Positions 29,666 through 38,514 of a stretch of DNA of 64,000 nt are shown one piece after another. Position 1 is the first letter of the stretch; each line of letters begins with the position of its first letter. The stretch comes from a virus (Duplodnaviria; Caudoviricetes): IMG/VR virus record IMGVR_UViG_3300029913_000001; one strand, written 5' to 3'. A program made the position numbers and the translations under genes. Below the pieces are notes generated by a model. That model was not told where the DNA came from, did not search any database, and saw only the letters and a list, made by a program, of their open reading frames with translations.

Positions 29666-30403
29666 ATGCTAAACCGAAAATTAGGCCGTAAGGCAATTAT
29701 CAAAGACTCACGCACTCTTCGCCTCGCAAATTACCTAGTGGAAGCATTACCCCCACCACCTGTTAGTTGCGATTGGACAAACGGCGTAACAGAATGGGGA
29801 ATGATGGCCAACGATCGATTAGGTTGTTGTACAATTGCCGCTTGTGGGCACGGATTGCAAACATGGTCTGCTAATGCCGCAACTGAAATAACGGTAACGG
29901 ATGATGATGTGTTATCATATTATGAACAGTGGGATGGATATAATCCGCAAGATCCTTCATCTGATAATGGTGGTATTGAAATTAATGTACTTACTAACTG
30001 GCGAAATTCTGGGTTTGCTAATCATAAATTGATTGGTTTTATGTCAGCCAATGTTAAGAATCAGACCGAAATTAAGACCGCTATTTCTATGTTTGGTGGA
30101 GTTTATATTGGCGTAAGTTTACCTATGTCTGCTCAGTCTCAAATGGTATGGGATATTAGCACGGGTGACGCTGCTATTCCTGGAAGTTGGGGCGGCCATG
30201 CTGTTTTTGCAGTAGCGTATGATGATAAGACAGTAACTTGCATTACCTGGGGAATGCTGAAAAAAATGACCTGGGCGTTTTGGAATACCTATTGCGATGA
30301 GGCATATGCATTATTAGGCCAAGATTGGTTTAATACAACCGGAGTTGCACCCAGTGGGCTAAAATCTGATCAATTGCTTGCTGATTTAGCTCTAATAAGA
30401 TAA
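29666..30403 (+). CDS. Papain-like (C1-type) cysteine peptidase
   Basis: ND.LGCCT.A (Cys), GGHAV (His), ITWG. Confidence 0.7.
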   Translation: MLNRKLGRKAIIKDSRTLRLANYLVEALPPPPVSCDWTNGVTEWGMMANDRLGCCTIAACGHGLQTWSANAATEITVTDDDVLSYYEQWDGYNPQDPSSDNGGIEINVLTNWRNSGFANHKLIGFMSANVKNQTEIKTAISMFGGVYIGVSLPMSAQSQMVWDISTGDAAIPGSWGGHAVFAVAYDDKTVTCITWGMLKKMTWAFWNTYCDEAYALLGQDWFNTTGVAPSGLKSDQLLADLALIR

Positions 30404-30491
30404 ACGGATAAATAAGTATGCTTATTAGTTAATAAGTTTATGAAGTAAATAATCTTCGTAGGTGAGTAAAACTCACGCAGGTAGAAATATC

Positions 30492-31367
30492 ATGGGCAGA
30501 CCAATCAAACGTCAAGAATTTTTAGGAACTCAAGGTGGAGTAAATGTTACCCATCAAATTCAAAGTCTTACCTGGGGTGCCGCTGATTCAGCCGCTGTTC
30601 CCGGGTATTTAGCAAAACAGAATAGCCCAAGTAGGTTTGTTGCGCATACTAATAACGGAAGAAGTTTAACAACGCTTAGTAATGGTGCGCCAACCAGCGC
30701 CGGTTTTTCGGCAGTTAAGGTATTTCCTGTTGGCTCAGATCCAATTATTTACGCATCTGCCACCGCTAATCTTAAAGTGGTTTCCGCTTCTATAGTTTCG
30801 GGTGGTAATTTATATTCTGTCGGTAATGTTTTGACTCTTTCAGGCGGAGTTTTTGGTAACGCGGCTACCATTACGGTTAATAGTGTTTTTGCAAATAATG
30901 CCGTTAATGCGTTTACACTTAATGCTGTTGCAAATGAAGGGTATAAAGCACTACCAGCCAATATTGCGGCAGTCGCAACAACAACTGCCGGAAACGGAGC
31001 GGGCGCAATTTTTAATGTTAATTTTGGTCTTGAGTCGGTTGCTGTTGTATCAGGCGGTAGTAACTATACTTCGGCTAACATTACATTCCCGCAGGCGACA
31101 ACCGCGCCCGTTACCACTAACTCAGTTATTGGTGGAGTTTTGCAGAACAACGTAGCCGTAACATCGGCAGGCGTAATTAATATTGGAAATCCAACGGTAG
31201 TTGTTGAAGGAACCTCGGGCAATGTCGAATATGTTAAGCAAATTCGCTCTGCTGAAAAACTTTTAACATTCAGCGGTAACGAATATTTTTGGCTTCCAAA
31301 AGGTGTTCAACCACCCGCTAATTGGGCAAATCTTTCGGTTAAATTTGCATACTTAGATACCCTGTAA
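30492..31367 (+). CDS. Beta-rich virion structural/fibre-like protein
   Basis: Gly/Ala/Val/Thr-rich with GG..Y repeats; start refined to MGRPIK. Confidence 0.6.
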   Translation: MGRPIKRQEFLGTQGGVNVTHQIQSLTWGAADSAAVPGYLAKQNSPSRFVAHTNNGRSLTTLSNGAPTSAGFSAVKVFPVGSDPIIYASATANLKVVSASIVSGGNLYSVGNVLTLSGGVFGNAATITVNSVFANNAVNAFTLNAVANEGYKALPANIAAVATTTAGNGAGAIFNVNFGLESVAVVSGGSNYTSANITFPQATTAPVTTNSVIGGVLQNNVAVTSAGVINIGNPTVVVEGTSGNVEYVKQIRSAEKLLTFSGNEYFWLPKGVQPPANWANLSVKFAYLDTL

Positions 31368-31400
31368 GAATTGGTATTTTAAATAATAATCGTCTAAAGC

Positions 31401-31433
31401 ATTTTCGAGTGGTATTTAATACCACTCGAAAAT
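31401..31433 (+). terminator. 16-bp perfect-stem hairpin
   Basis: ATTTTCGAGTGGTATT-t-AATACCACTCGAAAAT. Confidence 0.75.
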
Positions 31434-31458
31434 CTATTTATATATTATAAATACTAAT

Positions 31459-32775
31459 ATGAAAATAATTGAATTATTACTGGAATATAACGAGCAGCGA
31501 TTAATTAATGACTTCGGTAATAAATTAATTACTCGAATTAAGTCAGATGCCTCCGCGCCAAAAACATCGGATATTAAAATAGCGATTGATAATATTGCAA
31601 ATTTAGATCCCACAGGAAATAAAGAACTCACCTTTTGGTTAGTTCTTAATTACGCAAATGGCCGAATAAGTAGATATGAAGATATTGCGAGCAGAGCCAT
31701 TCCGGCTTTAATAAAATTTAAAGCATTACTTAAAAAGCCAAATCTAGAACCAAAATTAACTATTCGAGACATAAATCAGATTAAAGGCCTAACTGGGATC
31801 AAATCAACTACCCCTGAAGTCCCTGATTCTCTAGGGCTAGAAGATATTATTGACCAATACCAAGAAAAAGATGTTACTTCTACTAGCGAATTATCATCAA
31901 GTGAAGAACAAAATTTTTATAAAACCGGACAAGCCAAATTAATTTATAATGATGCTCAGGTAAAAGTTGTTGTACCAAAGACGAAAGCGGCGAGTTGTTT
32001 CTTTGGAATTAATACCCGATGGTGTACTGCGGCAAAAGAAAATAATATGTTTGCAGATTATAATAAGCAAGGCCCATTATATATTGTTTTGTTCAAAAAA
32101 GAAAATGAAAGATATCAATTTCATTTTGAAACACAACAATTTATGAATGAACGCGATAAAAAAATAAAGCCAAATGAATTAGCCGATAAATACCCAATTT
32201 TATGGAAAATATTTACACCAATTGCCGAACACAGCGGTTCAATTATATTAAATGCACATCCAAGTGAAGCAATTCAATTAGTTGCAGTTAAACAATACGG
32301 GTATGCAATTCAATATATCAAAAATCCAAGTGAAGCAATTCAATTAGCCGCAGTTAAACAAAATGGAATTGCGATTAAATTTATAAAAAATCCAAGTGAA
32401 GCCATGCAATTAGCCGCAGTTAAACAACACGGGTATGAGATTAAATTTATCAAAAATCCAAGTGAAGCAATTCAATTAGTTGCGGTTAAACAAGATGGAA
32501 CTTCGATTAAATTTATCAAAAATCCAAGTGAAGCAATTCAATTAGTTGCGGTTAAACAAGATGGAACTTCGATTAAATTTATCAAAAATCCAAGTGAAGC
32601 AATTCAATTAGTTGCGGTTAAACAAGATGGTTATGCAATTCAATATATCAAAAATCCAAGTGAAGCAATTCAATTAGTTGCAGTTAAACAATACGGGTAT
32701 GCAATTCAATATATCAAAAATCCAAGTGAAGCAATTCAATTAGCCGCAGTTAAACAAATAAAAAGTATGAGGTAG
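31459..32775 (+). CDS. Protein with WC...YNKQGPLY...YQFH domain and C-terminal 22-aa repeats; MKIIEL leader
   Basis: TATAAATA at 31446-31453; 7.5 copies of PSEAIQLxAVKQxGxxIxxIKN. Confidence 0.7.
   Translation: MKIIELLLEYNEQRLINDFGNKLITRIKSDASAPKTSDIKIAIDNIANLDPTGNKELTFWLVLNYANGRISRYEDIASRAIPALIKFKALLKKPNLEPKLTIRDINQIKGLTGIKSTTPEVPDSLGLEDIIDQYQEKDVTSTSELSSSEEQNFYKTGQAKLIYNDAQVKVVVPKTKAASCFFGINTRWCTAAKENNMFADYNKQGPLYIVLFKKENERYQFHFETQQFMNERDKKIKPNELADKYPILWKIFTPIAEHSGSIILNAHPSEAIQLVAVKQYGYAIQYIKNPSEAIQLAAVKQNGIAIKFIKNPSEAMQLAAVKQHGYEIKFIKNPSEAIQLVAVKQDGTSIKFIKNPSEAIQLVAVKQDGTSIKFIKNPSEAIQLVAVKQDGYAIQYIKNPSEAIQLVAVKQYGYAIQYIKNPSEAIQLAAVKQIKSMR
32260..32757 (+). repeat. 66-bp in-frame tandem repeat, 7.5 copies
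   Basis: ccaagtgaagc recurs with period 66 from 32260 to 32722. Confidence 0.95.
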
Positions 32776-32781
32776 AAAAAC

Positions 32782-33165
32782 GTGCGATTTAAAGAACTTA
32801 TATTCGAATCTTATTCTGCATATGTTCTAACTAAAAAGAGCCGATCCTTATTATTAAATAAATTTCCCCCGAAATTTTCAAAAGTCGATGCCGATCATAT
32901 AACAGTCAAATTCGGTCTTAATAAGACAGATAGAATACCACATGAGGCTAAAATTCAGGTCGTTGGGTATGCTTCTGATGCAAGTCTCGAATGTTGTGTA
33001 ATAGCAGTTAATGGTAAAACTGTTCGGCCTGACGGTAGCACCTATCATATAACTTTATCGTATGACAGCGGCAGAAAACCAGTTGAATCAAATCATCTTC
33101 TAAAACATGGTTGGACCTCAGTAACTCCGTTAGATATATCTGCGAAACCAACTATTTTAAAATAA
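32782..33165 (+). CDS. 2H phosphoesterase; MRFKELIFE leader
   Basis: Two HxT motifs (HITV, HITL). Confidence 0.8.
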   Translation: MRFKELIFESYSAYVLTKKSRSLLLNKFPPKFSKVDADHITVKFGLNKTDRIPHEAKIQVVGYASDASLECCVIAVNGKTVRPDGSTYHITLSYDSGRKPVESNHLLKHGWTSVTPLDISAKPTILK

Positions 33166-33192
33166 TATGAGAGGATCTGAATAAATATAATT

Positions 33193-33648
33193 ATGAGAGC
33201 ATCTGAATTTTTACGCCAAGCAAAAGCAATGAATCAAGTCTTTACTAAAAAGTTTCCGTTGACCGTGTATCACGGAACCAATGAAAATTATATTACCGCT
33301 ATTAAAGAAAATGGGTTAAAAGCAAGATCTTATGTCGCAACGAGTTTTCACGCCGCGCAATCATACGCTTTCGAAAAAGTTTTCAACGGCCATCACTATA
33401 AAAGAGATAAAGAAGAATTCAAAAATGTAGACATGGCATCTATGCCTAAACTGTTTGTTTTAACAATTATTATACCAGATAATTCATATTTAGATTGGTC
33501 GGGAGCAAATGCGTTTGATGTAACTCAAAAAATTATCTTACCCGAATATTTTGAAAAAATTACAGAAATTGATTATGCTACTGTGTTTAATAACATATAT
33601 AAAATTGCTCCGTGGGATATGAGGGCGAAACCTAAAAAACATAGATAA
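33193..33648 (+). CDS. Putative ADP-ribosyltransferase-fold protein (YHGT type); MRASEF leader
   Basis: VYHGT...YVATS...A.SYA. Confidence 0.55.
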   Translation: MRASEFLRQAKAMNQVFTKKFPLTVYHGTNENYITAIKENGLKARSYVATSFHAAQSYAFEKVFNGHHYKRDKEEFKNVDMASMPKLFVLTIIIPDNSYLDWSGANAFDVTQKIILPEYFEKITEIDYATVFNNIYKIAPWDMRAKPKKHR

Positions 33649-33802
33649 TCCATATTCTCTAGCACATAATAATTATATACTAACTTTTAATAGCCAGCAA
33701 GATAATTAGACCAATATACTTTTGATCCTGCTGCTAAAATAAAGCTATAACTAAAAAATATCATTATATAAGCCAAAGTATAATTACTACTTGCATTACT
33801 TT

Positions 33803-33831
33803 TGAGAAAGCATTACTACATACTTATAGTG
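33803..33831 (+). promoter_or_regulatory. Sigma70-type promoter for the endonuclease gene
   Basis: TTGAGA-17-TATAGT, then GAGG Shine-Dalgarno and GTG 33841. Confidence 0.6.
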
Positions 33832-33840
33832 AGGCGATCT

Positions 33841-35589
33841 GTGATAGATATATTACAAAACATTATTAATACAAGACCGTTCTATGCATCCCGAATTATT
33901 GCTAATAATACCGAAATGTGGAAATGGGTAATGCAACATTGCGATCCTTTATGCATTGATGACAAAACTCGAATTTATACCGCAATATCAGGCGAAAAAA
34001 TTCAATGCCCATGCGGCTCCGGAAAACTTAGAAAATTGTCTAAATGGTATTCGGGATTATCTTTTTGTGGAAGAGCAGGAAAGTGTTCTGCTGCAAAAGA
34101 AGCGGTGATTAAAAAATGTACCGCCGCTGCCAAAGGATGGGATAAAAAAGCGGCCGCTGCAAAAAGAAAAACAACGAATCTTAAGAAATATGGCATAACT
34201 AATACCGGCCAGCTTGAAAAATCAAAACTTGCTAGAAAAGCAGTGTACGACGATCCCACTAAAGTCAAAGAAATTCTTCAAAAAATGCAGGCCACTAACC
34301 GGGAACGATATGGTGTTGATAACCCATCTCAAAATCCAGAAATTCATAAACGTCAGACGAATACAATGTATGAGAGGTACGGCGCGGCTAACGCCATTAA
34401 AATTGCAGATTTTAAAAATCAAATGCAGCAAACTAATATCGAAAGATATGGCGTACCATACGCATCACAAAATGCAGATATTGCAAGAAAAATTGGGCTA
34501 ACTAAAAAACAGACCATGTTGGAGGGAACTGGCAGGCCACACGAAACTCAAATTCATATATCTAACGATGCATGGAATATTCTTCATGATAAAGATAAAT
34601 TTACTGAATTGTTAACCTTACTTGGACGCACAGAATTAGCAAAAATGTTAGGAGTATGTGTAAATACTATTTCCGTATATCATTATAATTTTGGGCTAGA
34701 TATATTAAAAAATTCAGAATCGGCTGTGGAAATTGAAATTACGAACTGGCTCACTGGATTAAATATAAGTTCCCATAAAGATCGAACAATATGTGAGGGA
34801 AAAGAATTAGATTTTTATATTCCTTCATATAATCTAGCAATTGAATATAATGGCCTATTTTGGCATTCTGAAGCACGAGGAAAAGATAAAAATTATCATT
34901 ACAATAAAATGTTACAATGTAATAAAAATAACATCCATCTAATTCATATTTTTGAGGATGAGTGGATTAAAAATCCAAACACATGCAAATCAATTATACA
35001 GCAAAATCTTCATCTAGGAAATAGGATTGCTGCACGAAAATGCAAGATTAAAGAAATCCCCAATAACGACATGCGGGAATTCTTAAACAAAAATCATTTA
35101 CAAGGTTGGGTTAACGGAACGCACGCATATGTGCTGACCTATCAAGATGAAATTGTGGCGGCAATGACATTTGGCAAACCTCGATATAACAAGCAAGCCG
35201 ATTGGGAACTTTTACGACTTACATTTAAAAACAACACAGTTATTATGGGTGGCGCTCAAAAATTATGGAAATTCGCCATTAATGAATTACAGGCAACATC
35301 TATTATCTCTTATTGCGATCGGCGATGGTTCACCGGCGCGGTGTACAATAAACTCGGATTCACTCTTAAAACTCCGGGTGCGCCTACATATTGGTACACA
35401 GATTATGTCTCTAGATGGCACCGTAGTAAATTTACAAAGAAAAATTTATTAAAATTAAGCAAAAATATCGATATAAATCCTACCCAAGAAGATTGGTCTA
35501 TATATAGTGAATCCCAAATAACAAAAGATATTCTCGGATTAGATCGAATTTGGGATTGCGGTCAAGATAGTTGGTTTTGGACAAAATAG
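33841..35589 (+). CDS. Putative homing endonuclease (PD-(D/E)xK/Hef-like, YGVxNP repeats)
   Basis: ELDFYIPSYNLAIEYNGLFWHSE; ARKC..HLQG..ISYCDRRWF..GF C-terminal domain. Confidence 0.85.
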   Translation: MIDILQNIINTRPFYASRIIANNTEMWKWVMQHCDPLCIDDKTRIYTAISGEKIQCPCGSGKLRKLSKWYSGLSFCGRAGKCSAAKEAVIKKCTAAAKGWDKKAAAAKRKTTNLKKYGITNTGQLEKSKLARKAVYDDPTKVKEILQKMQATNRERYGVDNPSQNPEIHKRQTNTMYERYGAANAIKIADFKNQMQQTNIERYGVPYASQNADIARKIGLTKKQTMLEGTGRPHETQIHISNDAWNILHDKDKFTELLTLLGRTELAKMLGVCVNTISVYHYNFGLDILKNSESAVEIEITNWLTGLNISSHKDRTICEGKELDFYIPSYNLAIEYNGLFWHSEARGKDKNYHYNKMLQCNKNNIHLIHIFEDEWIKNPNTCKSIIQQNLHLGNRIAARKCKIKEIPNNDMREFLNKNHLQGWVNGTHAYVLTYQDEIVAAMTFGKPRYNKQADWELLRLTFKNNTVIMGGAQKLWKFAINELQATSIISYCDRRWFTGAVYNKLGFTLKTPGAPTYWYTDYVSRWHRSKFTKKNLLKLSKNIDINPTQEDWSIYSESQITKDILGLDRIWDCGQDSWFWTK

Positions 35590-35590
35590 T

Positions 35591-35620
35591 AAAAAGCCTA
35601 TCTAGATTGATAGGCTTTTT
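35591..35620. terminator. Bidirectional terminator between convergent endonuclease genes
   Basis: AAAAAGCCTATC-tagatt-GATAGGCTTTTT. Confidence 0.85.
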
Positions 35621-35623
35621 AGT

Positions 35624-37162
35624 TTAAATATGTTTCCAAGTTTTTCTAGAAATAATATAATAGATAATTACATCTGACACTCCAAATTCATTCGCGAATG
35701 ATTTATATGTGGTAACTCCTTTTATATATCTAGATCGAATTTCTAATACTTGAGATTCAGTAAGTTTGGCTTTTGCACAACGTTCACCTTTTGGACCGGT
35801 GCCGGGATGTAACTTGCCTTTTTGCGCAAGACTCATGTTAGCGCGGGCTTCGTCTGATTTTGGTTTATTTTTTAACGCTTCTCTAATTTTTTGTTTTGTT
35901 ACTTCGGATCGGCATCTTCCTCGATTTGGATTATTTTCGCTAGATAAAGCCGTTGATATTTTTTGAATTGTCTCCGGAGATTTATTTTTACCTGGGTTAG
36001 CATCACTTTTCATGCGATTCGATAATCTCTGCCGAGCCTCTGCCGATATATTCGATGAACGACCTTTCATTTTTAGACTCTGTGCTAATTTTTGTTCGGG
36101 TGTTTTGTGTGTTCCAAAATTCGGATTATCTGCGCCGCATCTAGGATTTTTAGCGTGCGCAATACTCATATTTTCTTTTGCTTTTTCTGATTTCGGTACT
36201 CCTTTCTGCGCGGCGCTCATTTTCTTTTTAGTCTCTTCTGATTTGGGTTTACTATTCGCTTTGCGAATTCGTTCTAGCCCACCTGGCCCAGGTGATTTTC
36301 TTCCAGCCGCATTAAGATTAATCCACCTAGAATCGTTAACTACGTGGCATCGGCGTAATACCGATTGTTCCCAATAATCTGCTTGTGGAATTGTATCAAA
36401 AGTTCGTCTTATTTCATATTCAAATGATTCGATTCCATATTCTTTAATTAATTTATTAATTTGCTTGGAACTAGTAGTATAATTAAACATAAAATCTTGC
36501 AACGGAGTTAGACCTAATTTAATATTTTTAGTTCTAACTCCATAATAAACTTGGCCGGTCGGCTTAAATTTAAGTAGATATGTATATGGTCGAATTTCAT
36601 TTATTTCTCTTTGATATTTCGAACTATATTGTCTACGGGTTTTAATCCGATTATCGATTACTTTTTGGATTTTCTCTTGTTTTAGTCGTTCTTTTCCTCT
36701 CTTATATTTTTCCGAGCAAGCTCGTCTAATTAATTCTCGTTCAGTTTTACGACGTTCGAATTCTTCAACTCGTTCTGGGATTTGTGCTGCATTAGTAACG
36801 CCTTCACCATAGGTCTCTTCCATATTTTCCATTCGATGTTCAACCATTTGCTGAACTGCTTCTGGATGAGTTTTCCAAAAATTCGATAAATTTTCTGCCT
36901 GACTTGCAGATTTACATTTTTTCGATCCGCATGTATTCCAATATCCTTTTTCAAATGTATTAAACAATAAATTCTCACCGCAATCACATTTCGATGGCTC
37001 AATATTCCTAGTAATGCAATAAAATTGCTCATTAATATTACGACAATTTCTTGTATTATTCCAATTATCCAAAAATTTTCGAAGTTCCGGCCTCGAATGT
37101 ACTAATCTATGAAAACTTTTTGAATTATATTTTTGTACTAGCTCTTGAATTAATGAAATCAT
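35624..37162 (-). CDS. GIY-YIG-like homing endonuclease with NUMOD3 repeats and C-terminal HTH
   Basis: PYTYLL...YYGVR; repeated K.SEETKKKMS; AKLTESQVLEIR. Confidence 0.85.
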   Translation of the reverse strand: MISLIQELVQKYNSKSFHRLVHSRPELRKFLDNWNNTRNCRNINEQFYCITRNIEPSKCDCGENLLFNTFEKGYWNTCGSKKCKSASQAENLSNFWKTHPEAVQQMVEHRMENMEETYGEGVTNAAQIPERVEEFERRKTERELIRRACSEKYKRGKERLKQEKIQKVIDNRIKTRRQYSSKYQREINEIRPYTYLLKFKPTGQVYYGVRTKNIKLGLTPLQDFMFNYTTSSKQINKLIKEYGIESFEYEIRRTFDTIPQADYWEQSVLRRCHVVNDSRWINLNAAGRKSPGPGGLERIRKANSKPKSEETKKKMSAAQKGVPKSEKAKENMSIAHAKNPRCGADNPNFGTHKTPEQKLAQSLKMKGRSSNISAEARQRLSNRMKSDANPGKNKSPETIQKISTALSSENNPNRGRCRSEVTKQKIREALKNKPKSDEARANMSLAQKGKLHPGTGPKGERCAKAKLTESQVLEIRSRYIKGVTTYKSFANEFGVSDVIIYYIISRKTWKHI

Positions 37163-37205
37163 ATTTTCTCCTATATAATATATGTGTATTTATTATATTA
37201 TTCAT

Positions 37206-37234
37206 ATAATACCATATAAGAGATTAAAATGCAA
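37206..37234 (-). promoter_or_regulatory. Sigma70-type extended -10 promoter
   Basis: TTGCAT-17-(TGG)TATTAT upstream of 37162. Confidence 0.6.
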
Positions 37235-37256
37235 GATTTATTTGTGTTCGAGCAAG

Positions 37257-37292
37257 AAAATGTCCGATAAATTTAAATTTATCGGACATTTT
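37257..37292 (-). terminator. 36-bp perfect palindrome after the major capsid gene
   Basis: AAAATGTCCGATAAATTT|AAATTTATCGGACATTTT. Confidence 0.8.
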
Positions 37293-37318
37293 GTTAGTGT
37301 AACGTTTGAAGCTGGTTA

Positions 37319-38503
37319 CTATGAAAAACTCAAATTTGCAACCGAAATCGAACTCAAATAATCGGCAGCATTACCCAAAGAACTAACGGAATTTGTTAGT
37401 TCAACGTATCCATATCTCGTGAGAAATGAGACCACGGGTTCGAAGGTAACTGGGTCAAGAACAACACCAGAACTCATCAAAGGAATATATGGACAGTAGA
37501 AAGCCGCTGCATCTGACTCACTTGCGCCCTTATAACCAACCAATACTGGAATTGCGTCATTTGCATAGCCGTCAACATAAATCTTCATTGAGCTATTCAA
37601 AGTTCCTACAAATTTAGTGTTAGTTGGCGCCTCAAATGTGCCTTCAGTTGTTCTTGCGAACGCTGAAGTAGTTGCTGACTGAAGAACAGTTAGTGCCGTA
37701 GGACTTACAACTGCCCAGTTACCTGCACCTCTACGTGTTCTCTGAGCAATTAAGTTAGCTGCTCGGTTAATCATAACTGCAAGTGCCGCGTGCTCATCGC
37801 CTACATAAGTAGCAGTACCTGAAACCAATGACTGATCAAAAGTCTGATCTGTGCCACTTAATGCGCGTAATGAACCCAAGATTTCCTGATCAATTTCAGC
37901 GGTGATTTCCTGAGCCAATGCAGCCATAATTTCGGCTTCTACATCAATACCGTGCATTGCCTGAGCGTCCTGAGCCGCTTCAAATGTCCAACGTGCAGAT
38001 AGCTTACGTGACTTAGCTTCAACAGTCTGACGTAGAATCTGAACATTGATCTTGTTACCAGCCTGTCCTTCTAGGTTAGCAGTCCAATCAGCCTGTCCAG
38101 TTGTTGCACTACCAGAGTAAGCAGTTGCAATCTTGAATGGGCTTAGGGCTTCGTCGCCTGCTGTCGTGCCAGTATTCCACGGATAAGGAGCAGTAACATT
38201 TTCAGTCTGAGCATATCGTACACGCAAAGTCTGAATCTGACCTACTGGGCCTGTCATCGGCTGTACACCAACTAACTCGTTAGCGATAACGGTTGGCATA
38301 ACACGTCGAATAACCGGTAGAATTACACGATTTAATGTTGCGATATTACCGGCTGCTGTTGAGCCACTAGTTGCACTCTCAAGCAGTGATTTGCGGGTGT
38401 TCTCGAGGATTGTAGCCATAACTGTCTTACGGTTACCTTGAAGTCCTTCGAGCAGGGCATTTTTTGTGTCAGCCCAACGATTTTCCAATAATGGTGTAGC
38501 CAT
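37319..38503 (-). CDS. gp23: Major capsid protein (T4 gp23-like)
   Basis: VGVQPMTGP.G, VEAKSRKL.A.WT.E.AQD, EI.AEID, FYCPY.PL, TRYG motifs. Confidence 0.98.
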   Translation of the reverse strand: MATPLLENRWADTKNALLEGLQGNRKTVMATILENTRKSLLESATSGSTAAGNIATLNRVILPVIRRVMPTVIANELVGVQPMTGPVGQIQTLRVRYAQTENVTAPYPWNTGTTAGDEALSPFKIATAYSGSATTGQADWTANLEGQAGNKINVQILRQTVEAKSRKLSARWTFEAAQDAQAMHGIDVEAEIMAALAQEITAEIDQEILGSLRALSGTDQTFDQSLVSGTATYVGDEHAALAVMINRAANLIAQRTRRGAGNWAVVSPTALTVLQSATTSAFARTTEGTFEAPTNTKFVGTLNSSMKIYVDGYANDAIPVLVGYKGASESDAAAFYCPYIPLMSSGVVLDPVTFEPVVSFLTRYGYVELTNSVSSLGNAADYLSSISVANLSFS

Positions 38504-38514
38504 TGTTCTTCTCC

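Noticed and set aside
32260-32757. CRISPR-like array (constant block alternating with a variable block)
   Set aside because: The period is exactly 66 bp and in frame within a CDS, the variable parts are homologous to each other, and no cas genes are present.
7934-32775. Diversity-generating retroelement acting on the repeat or paralog genes
   Set aside because: No reverse transcriptase and no template/variable pair with adenine-specific differences were seen in the window.
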